Positions 32,301-43,733 of a stretch of DNA of 64,000 bases are shown here, piece after piece; position 1 is the stretch's first letter; every line of letters starts with the position of its first letter. This DNA is from Podarcis tiliguerta (lineage: Eukaryota). The translations under genes and the position numbers were made by a program. The notes beneath the pieces are model-generated. The model ran no database searches, had not been told where the DNA came from, and was given only the letters and a program-made list of their open reading frames with translations. The stretch lies in the NCBI GenBank assembly GCA_965153285.1, contig OZ229110.1. The stretch is one strand, 5' to 3'.

Positions 32301-35300
32301 GCGGAAGCCATGTCAGACATTTGGGTTCCGAAAAACATTCGGAAATAGGAGCATTTACTTCTGGTTTTTTGGCGTTTGGGAGCCAAAACGTTCCAAAACT
32401 GAGGCGTTCAGGATCTGAGGTTTGACTATATCTCTTTTTGTTCCACTTCAGGTGAAAATGAACAGGATGCGCCAACGCATTGCTCAGCGCCTGAAAGAGG
32501 CTCAAAATACATGTGCCATGCTGACCACCTTCAATGAAATTGATATGAGGTAAGGACCATATCTTCAGTATGTGCAGGTAAGCCAAGATCTTTCTGTGTT
32601 GCACTAGGAACAGGAACTTTGGCTCACTGGTGTGCATTGATCTTGTGTGTTTTGTCCTGGGATGAAGTGGTTTTAGCCAGCTTCTTGGTTGTATAGAGTG
32701 GAGGCTATTTCTAAGCAAGGACGCGGCTATGCAGCCGGCCGAAAGGCAGGTCCTGGAGCTCTCGCCCGGCCTTAGCATCTCTCCTTGGCAGTTGGAGAAC
32801 CAACTGTGTTCCATGAAGTGCGTTTGTGGGCTGAGCACTAATGGATTTGGGGAGGGGGAAGCTTATGTTTCAGCACATTAAGGAAAATGGTGCCCAAATC
32901 AAATTGCTCTATGAAATCCTATCCTGCTTCTTAAGACAAAACACGTAAATATTTGGTGCTTGGAATAATAAGGTTGGCAAAATAATCGTGATTGGAGAGG
33001 AAATGCTGCAACTTACCTCATTTTAGAGGCTAATGGAGGTGTCGCTTTACTCTGGCCTTGGGCTCTTGTTGCAGTCAGTAATCTGCTTTGGATTGATTGC
33101 CCCGCGACTTGCAAGGGCTTAGGCCAAGGCCTTTTGCCTCCCCACTGGGTGTCAGTGTCTGCTGTAAAGGCTTCTCATGATGGCTTCCTCCCCTCAAACC
33201 CTTGTATCTTGGGAGGCGGTAATGTCTTTGGACGGTAATCCTAGCTCTAAACAAGATTAGGCAAAGGAAAACAAACAGTCTAAACCCAAAGGGGCACTTG
33301 TACTTGCTAAAAACTGCCTCTCTAAAGCCATATTGTCTGGGAGGGGGAAGATGAAGGCTACAATGCCTGCCTAGAATTGTCAAGACAAAGCTATTCTGTT
33401 CAATTTGGGTGGCTGGCTTCTGCTCCAGTAAGTGAATGATGGTAACTGCTACTTTCTGTACTCTGGTTGAGGGCATTTTAGAGTCATTGCATCAGAGGTC
33501 CTCCAAAGTACATAGCCCCAAACTCATGTGCTTGTTAAGTGTGGCCAGAGGAACTGGAGACATGGTTTACTTTTTAGATAGTCATAAACAAAGTGACGGT
33601 CAAATTCTGTCAGGATGGATGGAGCCTGTTGGAGGCACAAGGTCCCCCCTCATTTCCCATTATGCTTATTCTGAAGTTTGCTTTCACTGTGTCAATATTG
33701 AACCCAAGAGACCTATAACCTGTCTACTCTGGTTTTGTGGAGCTCTCCAAGGTCTTGGGAAGAGGTCTTCTGTACTCTCATTGGCCAAACATGTGCCTAT
33801 TGGAAGCCTTCAGACAAGATATGAGCATTCTGCCCCTTTATGATCACTAGGAACTGGTATTAAGAGGCATTCTGCTTTCTGTTACTGGAAGCAGTAGATA
33901 GCTGTCATGGTTAGCAGCCACCAGTAGCTTTATCTTCCATGTCTCATCCTCTTTTCAAGCCATCAGGGTTAGTGGTCCTCACTGACATCTCGCGAGTGTG
34001 AAGTCCATAGTTTTGCTACGTGCACTGTGAAGAAGTTCCTCCTTCTAAATCTCCCAACATTTTAGTTTCATTGTATGACCCTGTAGCTCTAGCGCAGCAG
34101 TGAAGAACCTATAACCAGCAGGCAAATCTAACATTTTATTCCTCCTTTGACCAGATGTGTGGTGGTCGTCCCCATAATTTAAATATCTATAGGAATTTTA
34201 AAGTGAAAGTTCATCATCACATGGGGATACTTTGAACAGCCATATGCATTTCAGCATAGTATGCAGTAGCTTGTTTTGGTGACACCCTGAGGGTAACATT
34301 AGTAATGGTTGTAAAGTAATTGGCTGTTGTAAACTTTGGGGAGGGAGAGAAAATATTAGTAATTTTTCCACTCCTGATACACTTCTCAGAGATCAGCCAG
34401 TCTATACTGCAGTGAAACTCTTTGTTGAAACTCTGATAACATTTCTTTTAAAAAATAATTAATAAATTGCAAGCCACTTTTGAAATAAGGGTTGAGCCAC
34501 AAAGTAACTCTAGTCAGGAATGTGCTGCAGATCTGGTGCTTAAGTAGATACTACTACTTTTCCTAGTAGTAAATGTTCTTCTGATGGCTTTTTCAGTAAC
34601 ATCCAGGAAATGAGAGCCCGGCACAGGGACAACTTCCTGAAGAAGCACAATATGAAACTTGGCTTTATGTCTGCCTTCGTGAAAGCTGCAGCCTTTGCGT
34701 TGCAAGAGCAGCCTGTTGTAAATGGAGGTGAGAACAATGGGGCAGAGTTTCTGAGATGCCTGAGTGTCATGAGCAAGCCTCTGTGGAAGGTAGTACTATC
34801 AGACCTCATGATGAAGTCACGTGCGGCAGCTGAGAGTCTCTGCACTTGTGCAAAGAAAAGCAACTGTGTTATGACAAACCCTTTCTTAGCAAAAGGATAT
34901 TCACTTGGGCAGAAGTTGGTCTATGGAAAGAAATTGCATGCCCAACTCCTGCTGTTTCTTACCTTTTCCATGCATGAGACAAGACTGCCTGTTTCTCCAA
35001 ACACACAGGACTTGAAGGAAAAAGAAAAGGTCAAGGCACTTGCTCCTTGCAAGGTGGTGACTGGCGGAAACCTCGTCTTTCCTTTACACTAGGCAGATCA
35101 GCTTCCCTCCATTACTAATTTTTAGTGAATGGAAGGAAGAGATGGACTAAATCAATAAAGCTTGATTTTTGCTCCTGATTAGAGCTTTGACTCTTGATGC
35201 TTCTGTATGTAATGGCCTGCTTTTCTTTCTCCATCTAGTGATAGACGATACTACCAAAGAGATTGTGTACAGGGAATATGTGGATATCAGTGTTGCAGTG

Positions 35301-38157
35301 GCGACTCCTAGGGTATGTATTGTGGGAACATGCATCTGGCTGATGCATGGGACATCATTTGGTTTGGTGTTCAGCTGTAAGAAATGAAAATTCAGAGACA
35401 AGCTTCTTGGCTTTGTCTAATCCTACAGCAAGGGAGGGTGTTCTTGTCCAAACTTCCAGGGTGGCATGGGGGATCAGTCATAGGCCTAGTGAGATACAGA
35501 GGGCATCAAATTTGACTGGGGAGGGGGTAGAGGAAGTAAGTCCCCCAATCCTGTTTTAGATACACCCATAGGCGCCAGCTCCTAGGGGCCAAGGGAGTTC
35601 CACCCCCTCAATGTTCAGAGGGTGTTTGGCTCCACCCCCTGGCTCCTCAAGATGTTGGGCTGCCTCAATCAGTTAGAGAAAATGGTACCTCTGGATACAC
35701 ACCTCTGTCCAGTGATGGCTTGCTCTATATTTGGCTCTTGTTGTCATGTTATATATGTTGTGTTTGACTCAGAGATCTTTGTTTCTTTCAGGGTCTTGTG
35801 GTCCCTGTAATCAGAAATGTAGAAACAATGAACTTTGCTGACATTGAGCGAGCAATCAATGAGCTGGGGGAAAAGGTAATGTTTTGAGTATAAAGGGTTC
35901 TCAAGGGTGAAAACCAGACACGCATCTTTCTTAAGGGGTATCAGAAGGGGGAAAGGGGAGTGTGACTAAGACAGTGGGCAGGATGAAGGTTCTGGTTCAG
36001 TAATTTGACAAAAAGCTAAAGCCAACTGCAGAGTCTCCACTTCAAGAAGCCTTAAAATTCCAGGCCCAGATATATATATCTAGCATTTGGTGCTCTGTGA
36101 TACATCACCTGAAAACACTTGGCCATTCTGACTAATAGATGTTGATCGACATGTTTTCTGGAAGACAAATCTAACTTTTAAAAAAGTGATGTAAACTAGT
36201 AGCCATGTCCGTATCTGGTTGCAGTTCAAGAAAAAAACATATTCTTTATGCTAAATTTGCAAATAACATGAAACAGGCTGGATTCAAGTTTGTCAACAGT
36301 AATGGGGAGGGTGTTCTCAAGGAAGCATATTCTGGGGGGAGACGGAAACTCATTCTGCTGTGCCTTAAAGACATAGCACTTTATATGGTGGCACAGTGAT
36401 GATAGTCCCTTCCATTGTATTGGAACCAAGTGTACCTGTATTCCTTTTATTTTTTTACACCCATAAATAATATGTTGGACAGTGCTGTGGCAAAATAGAA
36501 ACGACTCAATTTATTCTTATCCTTCTTAGAATTGCCATGTGTTGAAAAAGGTACATTCTGTTGCAGTCTTAAGCTACCCCAGCAAAAATCTAGCTATTGC
36601 TCTCTGTCTTGTGCTTTGATCATTCTGAATTTGATAGCACCCTCAACCTTGAAGATATTTATATGAACTTCAAAGGACTCCCCCTGTAACCTCAATATTT
36701 TCACTAGTCGTTGGGGATTCTCAGATAACTTCTTGCCTTTGCTTAGTGTGGGGAACTTTCACATGCTAGTGATACTGAGTATTTCTCCCCCCCCCCCTCA
36801 TTTCAGGCCCGCAAGAATGAGCTTGCCATTGAGGATATGGATGGCGGTACATTCACCATCAGTAACGGCGGTGTATTTGGATCCCTGTTTGGGACACCCA
36901 TCATCAACCCCCCTCAGTCTGCTATCTTGGGCATGCATGGCATCTTTGACAGGCCTGTTGCTGTTGGAGGCAAAGTATGTACTGTATGGAAAGTTAAGGG
37001 GCTTAATGGGGCTTTTAAACGTTACCTTAGCCGCTGGCAAGCCACTTTTCTGTGACTGGCTCCTGCACAGTTGAAATGACATGTAAATGACCAGGCTAGG
37101 TAGATAAGCCAATTTATTGTTGTTGTTGCTGCTGTTGTTATGCCTCCCATCTGACTGGGTTGTCCCAGCCGTTCTGGGGGCTTCCAGAAAAATATAAAAG
37201 CCAAACAAAACATCAAATATTAAAAACTTCCCTATACAGGCCTGCCTTCAGTGTCATAGAGTTGCTTCTGTCCCTTGACATTGATGGCTGGGTGTTCCAC
37301 AGGGCGGGCGCCACTACCAAGAAGGCCCTCTGCTTGCTTCTGCGTAACTTAAATGTTACACAATGAGGGAAATGCCAGAAGAGCCTTGAAGCAGGACCTC
37401 ATTGTCTAGGCTGAATGATGGGGTGGAGATGCTGCTTCAGGTATAAAGCCTACCCATGCTGAAGCTGCTCATAGCAAAGCATCTTCCAGATGGCTAGAGT
37501 AATGTTTAAAGGGGGCCTTCAGTCTAGTAAAATAGAACCATAGAATTGTAGAGTTGCAAGGGACCCTGGGGGACATCTAGTCCACCCCCCTGCATTGCAG
37601 GAATATGCTGCTGCCCCATACAGGGATTGAACTTGCAGCCTTGGCATTATCAACACCACACTCTAACCAACTGTCCAGTCTGATGATGGAGGAGAAAGAA
37701 GTGGATCAGACTGAACTAGGAGCCCTGACAAGTCCAGTAGAAAAGGACCAACTGGAAGTTTTGACCACTGTAAAATTATTCTGAGAAGATAGGGGAGTAT
37801 TCTGGGTTTGAATTAGAGGGTGAATGTGTGGGGGAAAGGTTTGAAGAGTTTGTGTCAAATTATTAAGACATAAGAAAACTCCAGCTTGGGGTTTCACTTT
37901 CTTGGTTATGCAGGGCAAATGTTACAAAGCTTAAAATGTAACTTGCTTAGGCTTTGAGGTACATCACCAAGTTGATTACAAAAGAAAATGTTCAGCTTAA
38001 CCATCTCTTTTTTCTTCCTTAGGTTGAGGTGCGCCCAATGATGTATGTGGCTCTGACGTACGACCACCGGTTGATTGATGGCAGAGAGGCGGTGACTTTC
38101 CTGCGCAAGATCAAGGCTGTGGTGGAAGATCCTCGTGTGCTGCTGCTTGACCTGTAG
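18487..38157 (+). CDS. DLST: Dihydrolipoyllysine-residue succinyltransferase (E2 of 2-oxoglutarate dehydrogenase), mitochondrial; 15 exons, 461 aa
   Basis: All exons GT-AG and in frame (1386 nt); transit peptide, lipoyl domain (EIETDK), Ala/Pro linker, catalytic DHRLIDG. Confidence 0.97.
19971..20435 (+). mobile_element. Rex1/Babar-type LINE 3' end
   Basis: [13 protein letters not shown]...[36 protein letters not shown]; AATAAA followed by (TCTATTA)n tail. Confidence 0.8.
20641..21610 (-). mobile_element. BovB (RTE) LINE, 5'-truncated
   Basis: RT motifs [10 protein letters not shown] and LRYADD; (CAA)n tail; TSD GGATTCAGTAT (20630-20640, 21611-21621). Confidence 0.93.
22731..23268. mobile_element. 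pogo/Tigger-like MITE
   Basis: TIR CCGTATTTTTCGCTCTATAGGACGCA...TGCGTCCTATGGAGCGAAAAATACGGTA. Confidence 0.8.
23521..24100. mobile_element. pogo/Tigger-like MITE with GC-rich palindromic interior
   Basis: TIR TCGTATTTTTTGCCC...GGGCGAAAAATACGGTA related to 22731 element. Confidence 0.78.
25608..25675 (+). mobile_element. CR1-type 3' tail fragment
   Basis: TTCCTGCATTGCAGAGGGTTGGACGAGATGA...CTCTACAGTTCT, same tail as the tRNA-headed SINEs. Confidence 0.55.
25702..26060 (+). mobile_element. Sauria SINE
   Basis: Full length; TSD TACTTTCTCTGA (25689-25700, 26061-26072). Confidence 0.92.
26254..26287 (+). CDS. DLST: DLST exon 2 ([11 protein letters not shown])
   Basis: 34 nt; tandem CAGCAG acceptor; G|GTGAGT donor. 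Confidence 0.85.
26296..26370. repeat. (ATT)n microsatellite, compound
   Basis: About 15 ATT units 26296-26342 plus a short second run. Confidence 0.95.
27649..27697 (+). CDS. DLST: DLST exon 3
   Basis: [16 protein letters not shown]; 49 nt; AG/GTAAGT. Confidence 0.88.
28164..28219 (+). CDS. DLST: DLST exon 4
   Basis: [18 protein letters not shown]; AG/GTAAGT. Confidence 0.9.
29201..29275 (+). CDS. DLST: DLST exon 5
   Basis: [24 protein letters not shown]. Confidence 0.95.
29575..29630 (+). CDS. DLST: DLST exon 6 (lipoyl-lysine)
   Basis: [19 protein letters not shown]. Confidence 0.95.
30285..30396 (+). CDS. DLST: DLST exon 7
   Basis: [37 protein letters not shown]. Confidence 0.95.
31159..31320 (+). 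CDS. DLST: DLST exon 8 (Ala/Pro linker)
   Basis: [16 protein letters not shown]...DSKP; 162 nt. Confidence 0.92.
31597..31673 (+). CDS. DLST: DLST exon 9
   Basis: [26 protein letters not shown]. Confidence 0.92.
31800..32045. mobile_element. Tc1/mariner-type MITE (TIR CAGTGGTACCTC)
   Basis: TACAGTGGTACCTCGGGTT...AACCCGAGGTACCACTGTA. Confidence 0.88.
32188..32428. mobile_element. Tc1/mariner/Tigger-type MITE (TIR CAGTCAAACCTC) inserted in the DLST exon 10 acceptor region
   Basis: TA-CAGTCAAACCTC...GAGGTTTGACTA-TA. Confidence 0.8.
32452..32549 (+). CDS. DLST: DLST exon 10
   Basis: [32 protein letters not shown]. Confidence 0.95.
34597..34727 (+). CDS. DLST: DLST exon 11
   Basis: [43 protein letters not shown]. 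Confidence 0.95.
35239..35312 (+). CDS. DLST: DLST exon 12
   Basis: [25 protein letters not shown]. Confidence 0.95.
35792..35875 (+). CDS. DLST: DLST exon 13
   Basis: [28 protein letters not shown]. Confidence 0.95.
36807..36974 (+). CDS. DLST: DLST exon 14
   Basis: [56 protein letters not shown]. Confidence 0.95.
37532..37673 (-). mobile_element. tRNA-Ile-derived SINE with CR1-type tail
   Basis: - strand CAGTTGGTTAGAGTGTGGTGTTGATAATGCCAAGGCTGCAAGTTCAATCCC resembles tRNA-Ile; tail TTCCTGCAATGCAGGGGGGTGGACTAGATG...ATTCTATGGTTCTAT. Confidence 0.7.
38023..38157 (+). CDS. DLST: DLST exon 15 coding part
   Basis: [44 protein letters not shown]. Confidence 0.96.
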   Translation, partial: VEVRPMMYVALTYDHRLIDGREAVTFLRKIKAVVEDPRVLLLDL

Positions 38158-39251
38158 AGAACAGCAGCCCCCACCTGCCCCATCCAGTAGAGCAAGGACG
38201 CAGCAGCAGCAGCAGCAGCAGATGGAACAGAGGACATTCAGGAATCAGCAGGGCTTCATTCCAGTCATCTCCTCCCCCTAGTGGCAGGAGGTGCTTTGAA
38301 AGGAACCCCCGAGGGTAGTGTGCCACCCACCTTTCCTGCCTCTTCCAAAGATGGTTCGTTTTCTTCCCAGGGCAGACAAGCAGGTGTCATTACCTGTTCA
38401 GATGTAACCTACCATTTCCCCTCTTCTTGCTCCAAACAGACATAGCCTCATCTCTCTCTCTCGATCTTATGGGAACAGAAGCTGCCTGCTGTTTAGCTAG
38501 AGCTTCCCTCCCGAGCAGCTCTTGCACAGAAACTCAGCTTTAATTCAGTATCATCGCGGCAGCTGTCGGAGGGGAAAGGCTGGTCTCTGCTCCACTTGAA
38601 GGCTCTAGGTCTTTGGAACAGCGAAGCTAGCCTGAGGCTCTCTAGGGCGATTCAATTGCTGTGCCTGATCTTACATGCCTCCAGTAACGGAGAGTAAATC
38701 TGCACTCCAGCCACCTTGTGGGTTTTTTGACCTTAACGGGATGAGGCACTCCCAGGGGATACTGCCTCCCCAGCCATTATCTAGATCCTCTCCTAGTAGT
38801 GAGGGGCAGTTCTAAGGATTGTTTTCAGGGACCTTCCTCTGCCTCATCCCTTCACAAGCAAGGAAGTGGCAGTAGCAGCTCTCTCCCTCTCCCACTTGGA
38901 AGTTGTTTCTTTCGTTCTAAGCCTCTGGTAGGGCAGAATGGGTGTCCCATCTCACTGTCAGGTCCAGTTCAAGTTGACTGGCTGCTGGGGATTAGGGGGA
39001 GATGGCAACCTTCGGTGGCTGTCCTACGTTCCATCTAATCCTCATTGAATGGTTTTATCAACTTCGTGACTGCAATGGTATGGTAATGTAGGTTGGGACT
39101 AGGTTGTCTTGTGTGGCATGTATCCTAGCCTAAGGCTTGCTGGTTCATGGGGACATATCCTTAGTACAATAGCGTGCACATATATTGTTGAGTGAGAGGG
39201 TTGCTAGTGCCTGCAGGGTTTATTACTCTTGTTCGCCGCACAGAACTTGTA

Positions 39252-39290
39252 ATTAAAGTATTTAACATGACAGATTTTAAACAAAATAAA
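39252..39290 (+). terminator. DLST: Likely DLST polyadenylation signals
   Basis: ATTAAA 39252-39257 and AATAAA 39285-39290 followed by GT-rich element, ~1.1 kb after the stop. Confidence 0.6.
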
Positions 39291-39442
39291 ACAAGGAAAT
39301 TATGTGTGTGTGTATGAATGGGAGGAATGAAATACAGTGGGATGACACTTAGGGTAAGACGTTGTGTTTATAAGCAATTGAGGAACACCTTCAAAGGAAC
39401 AGAACCTGAGCTGATTTTGCCCAAGTTTTTCTGAGTTTAGTA

Positions 39443-39811
39443 AAAGGTAAAGGTAAAGGTACCCCTGCCCGTACGGGCCAGTCATGTCCGACTCTAGGGT
39501 TGTGTGCTCATCTCACTTAAGAGGCCGGGAGCCAGCGCTGTCCGAAGACACTTCCGGGTCACGTGGCCAGCGTGACAAAGCTGCTCTGGCGAGCCAGCAC
39601 CAGCACAGCACACGGAAACGCTGTTTACCTTCCCGCTATAAAGCGATACCTATTTATCTACTTGCACTTAGGGGTGCTTTCAAACTGCTAGGTGGGCAGG
39701 AGCTGGGACCGAAAGACGGGAGCTCACCCCGCCGCGGGGATTCGAACCGCTGACCATACGATCGGCAAGTCCTAGGCACTGAGGTTTTACCCACAGCGCC
39801 ACCCGCGTCCC
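39443..39811 (-). mobile_element. Sauria SINE
   Basis: Full length; TSD CTGAGTTTAGTA. Confidence 0.92.
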
Positions 39812-41088
39812 TGAGTTTAGTATAGATGGCGTAAATTAGGTAACTCACTTCTGGGTAACAGAACTGTGAGTGTATGTCATCTGCCTCATTCTAGATCAGT
39901 TCAGATGTAATGCCAAGTCACGGGGGCTATGTGAACAAGCTCTGTCTTACATTACACCCCCCCCACCGCCCCAGACCATTCACTCTTAAATAAAAAGCCA
40001 TAGCTTGACATTACAGCCAGGGCAAGAAAACTATAGTTTGCCCACAACCCTAGTTCAGACTGATTTGTCATCATGGTTTGCAAGCAAACCATAGTTTGCC
40101 TGGTTTAGATGTGACAGTAAATTATGACGTCAGGCTCTGCATCTGTTGGGAAGATTTTGGAGTGTGCCTACATAAGATGTTTTAAACGTGATGCTGTGCC
40201 CTTAAGGGATTTTGGTAGCCAAAAACAGAAAAGAGATTGGGATCTTTGAAGGCAACAGTCACAATAGTCTGCCATAGTTATATTTTATGTAGCAGGGAAA
40301 GACTACTTGTTCCCCACCCCTTCAAGGCAAAATGGCTTCATACAACTTGAAACACACAGTATTGTTTTTTAGTCAATTCCCCCAAACGAAAACAGTTCTT
40401 TTTTTTTTAAATATGGGAGAGGTAAAGGAAGATGTCTGAGGGTGCTATGGTACCCACAAGTGTCATGTTCCTAAACAAAAAGCAGTGTAGGTGTGTCCTT
40501 CTCAGCTCCTCTCCCCACAGTTTGAGTGCTCTCCAGATTGGCTTGAGGTGCTGCAGTTGGCAATATGTTCACAGGGTGCCAATGCAGATTTTTCTACTCT
40601 TGAAACATTGGATTGAAGCACAGATGCAGTGGTATATAGGTACCTAAAAAGCTCGATTTAAACCAAAGCAAAAGTTAGCTCTGTGACTCGTATTGTGTTG
40701 GCTGATGTTTGGTGTATTTTCTGCCGTGCCTCTGCACCTGCTCTCAAGTTTTAATGGGACAGAACTAGAAAAAACTTCATTAGTCAAAAGCACCTCATAG
40801 GAGGAAGAGAGCAAACTCTTTAGTCTGAAGAGGTACCTGGAGGTCTTGAGCATCCCAAGGAAATTAAATAATCTAGGTTCTCATGTATGTCCTCCTATCA
40901 ATCTGGGTACCCTTTCTAGCCTGCAACAGGTGAATAACACTGGTAGCAACAGGGGAAGTAGTTTTACAATCAGCTTCTCTGTATGAAGGACTGTGAATCA
41001 GGCCTACTTTCTTTACCAGAACTAATCACCATCCATAGCAGACATACTAATCTCAAGCAGTTGTCTTGCGAGAAGTATATACAATGTT

Positions 41089-41165
41089 GTTGTTGTTTAG
41101 TCGTTCAGTTGTGTCCGACTCTTCGTGACTCCATGGACCAGAGCACGCCAGGCACTCCTGTCTTC
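41089..41165 (-). mobile_element. BovB extreme 3' end (heavily truncated)
   Basis: Matches 3' end of the other BovB copies; TSD TATACAATGTT (41078-41088, 41166-41176). Confidence 0.85.
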
Positions 41166-41358
41166 TATACAATGTTAAGTGCTGCTATAAAGCATCAGTA
41201 TTGAAACACCTATTTATTATTATTAAGATCATTGGTTCTGGTCTGTTTGTTCTATGTGAGCTATACACTTTCTCACTGTACAGCTATGATGTGAGTAAGA
41301 GGCCTGAAATGTTTTCAGATGAGAAGTCAGCTGCTGAATTTGTCCTGTGTCCATCCTA

Positions 41359-41558
41359 TACAGTGGTACCTCGGGTTGCAGACGCTTCAGGTTACAGACC
41401 CCGCTAACCCAGAAATAGTACCTTGGGTTAAGAACTTTGCTTCAGGATGAGAACAGAAATTGCGACGGCAGTGGGAGGCCCCATTAGCTAAAGTGGTACC
41501 TCAGGTTAAGAACGGACCTCCGGAACGGATTAAGTACTTAACCCGAGGTACTACTGTA
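41359..41558. mobile_element. Tc1/mariner-type MITE (TIR CAGTGGTACCTC)
   Basis: TACAGTGGTACCTCGGGTT...AACCCGAGGTACTACTGTA. Confidence 0.85.
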
Positions 41559-42734
41559 TATGCTCATTGGGGATTGATTTGCAATTTCTACTTGGGCTAA
41601 AGATGCAAACAGTTTCTCAATTTAAGTTTAGAAATGTGTGTTGGAGGAGTTGGGCTACTGCTGAGAACAGCTACTGCAGCTGCCTAGAAATCTATTTATA
41701 CATACTATACAAAGAAAAATTGTATTGAATGGTTGCAATGTTTAGCCATTGGAACCTAGAATAAGTTGACTAGGACCTAAACAGCTCAGTGTGTATGACT
41801 CACATAGGAAGTACAGTGGCTGCTTCTAGGACGGCTTATCTGTTCCTGAACGAAAAATGGGCTACATATTATTGCCATCAAGTATTTTAGAATAAGGCTG
41901 AAGGGTGTTAACTCCACTGTTCCAAAGCAATTCTCATGATGTGTGAAAGAATTCCTGGTACCTCTTAAAAAAGGGTAGACAGGTCCACATTTTTTTAGTT
42001 GACATACACAGCCTACAACAACAGTATTTCCCATCCTTACACTTAACAACCACACACAATGCACCCATCACCTTTGAACCAGTTCTGAAGATAGTGTCGT
42101 GTGCATATTTTGTGCCAGAAACCAGTCATATTTTACACACCTTGGCTTGCATGTTTTTCCAGCATACCTTGCATAGGAAAGTACCTCATCTACCTGTAAT
42201 GGTGAGCTGCCTCAGCTGGTGGAAGCCAAGCTACACCTTTGCATGGGCATTGCAATAGAACCAGCTAGCAATGTTGCTAAAGATCGCACGCAAGTGCTTG
42301 GTTGTGCTGAGAGTCTTTTATTTTAAAACGTTCATTGGCAAGAACATGGAAGATCCACTGAGAGCAATCACAAGAAGAGCCTTTTGCTCACTTCCCCTCT
42401 GCATAAGAGCTCGTCTCCATTCTGCAGAAGAAGCCAAGTGCAACATGCAAGCTGTGAACTATACAGAGTGTAATCCAAGACTTCCGCCTAGGGTACTTAA
42501 GCAGAAAAGCACGGGTAAGCTGGGGACGGGGTCAAGCAGGTATAGGAAGAAGAGGCTTCGAGGTTAAATTAGGGAGGAGACACAGCTGATACGTGATAGA
42601 GTAGATACTGCTGTGGCACGAGGAACATTGCTGGAAAGCTCAACTGAATTGACGGTTGGGGAACAAGCACGTAGAACGTATGGGGGGAAGCTAGCTTTGG
42701 CCATGTCTGATTTGGGGAAACTGATCATGTAGAG

Positions 42735-42907
42735 CAGGCATGTCCAGCTCCCGAGAGACTGTGATCTACTCCCACTATAGAAAACTGCAGTGATCTACCC
42801 ATTGGATTGACCAACGTTGTTGAGCTTCTTGGGGGAGCCTTCACCAATCGACCAGGGACGCCCAGAGATCAACCAGTAGATCGCGATCAACCAGTTGGAC
42901 ATGCCTG
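42735..42907. mobile_element. hAT-type MITE
   Basis: TIR CAGGCATGTCCA / TGGACATGCCTG; perfect 8-bp TSD ATGTAGAG. Confidence 0.88.
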
Positions 42908-42979
42908 ATGTAGAGTAAGCTATGTTGAGAGCGTCGATAAAGGGCTTGATGTTTTGGTTCTGCAAACAAACCATACCTA

Positions 42980-43112
42980 GACAGTTCTGTTGGTAGAGCA
43001 TGAGGCTCTTAATCTTAGGGTTATGGGTTCCAGCCCCAAGTTGGGCAAAAGTTCCCTGCTTTGCAGGGGGTTGGAACCCTTGTGCCTTCCACCTCTACAA
43101 TTCTGTGAATCT
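42980..43112 (+). mobile_element. tRNA-Lys(CTT)-derived SINE with CR1-type tail
   Basis: TTGGTAGAGCATGAGGCTCTTAATCTTAGGGTTATGGGTTCCAGCCCCAAGTTGGGC then TTGCAGGGGGTTGGA...CTCTACAATTCTGTGAATCT. Confidence 0.75.
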
Positions 43113-43622
43113 ATTGCAGGGGTAGCCCACATGATGCCTTCCAACTGCTCAGAATTGCCATCTGGCATCATCCTTGACTCTGGTCATGCTGACTGAGGAT
43201 GGTGGGAGCTGGAGTCCAGCAACATGTGGAAGGGAGGATGTTGGCTACGTCAGCCTTACAAGATGCTCATAATCTTTGTTCATGCTTTGAAGGTTAACTC
43301 CAGCAGGCTAAATCTTCCAAAGCTGAATTTGATCCCTTTAGCTGCTATTGGCATATAGCTAGAAAGAAGAATAGGAGCAACTCAAAGCTGAAAAAATCTA
43401 CAGCCAAGCTCTGTGGATTTCCCCCTGAGCAACAGCGCTATTGGCACCACCCAGGTCCACAAGACCCGGGCTATTTATTTATTTATTTATTCAGGAGGCA
43501 AGTGTTTCTAGAAGGATTTGGGTTTTCCATCTGGCAGGGACACAATCCAGCAGTTAAAACAGCCGGGTGCTGCACTCTGGAAGCACAGCTCCACACCATC
43601 CCCCAAATCTCTTTGGTTCTTA

Positions 43623-43733
43623 TTATGCAACTAACTTGTTCCATTGGATGGTGCTGAAGAAAGGGTGTGCCTTGATCCTGTTCACTCCCTCTTCGCCAGA
43701 GCCTAAACGTTGCTTGGGATCATATTGCAGCAG
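43623..43733 (-). CDS. RPS6KL1: RPS6KL1 last coding exon
   Basis: [36 protein letters not shown] (TAA TAA). Confidence 0.92.
   Translation of the reverse strand: MLQYDPKQRLGSGEEGVNRIKAHPFFSTIQWNKLVA

Noticed and set aside
32191-32838. 215-aa antisense ORF across DLST exon 10
   Set aside because: Made of intron, antisense exon and MITE sequence; no domain or coding signature
38155-38230. DLST stop-codon readthrough into the (GCA)n tract
   Set aside because: Stop context TAG-AGA is not a known leaky context such as TGA-CTAG
42980-43050. tRNA-Lys(CTT)-like sequence as a functional tRNA gene
   Set aside because: Acceptor stem and T-arm are degenerate and it runs into a CR1-type tail; it is a SINE head (same for 37600-37673 and 45100)
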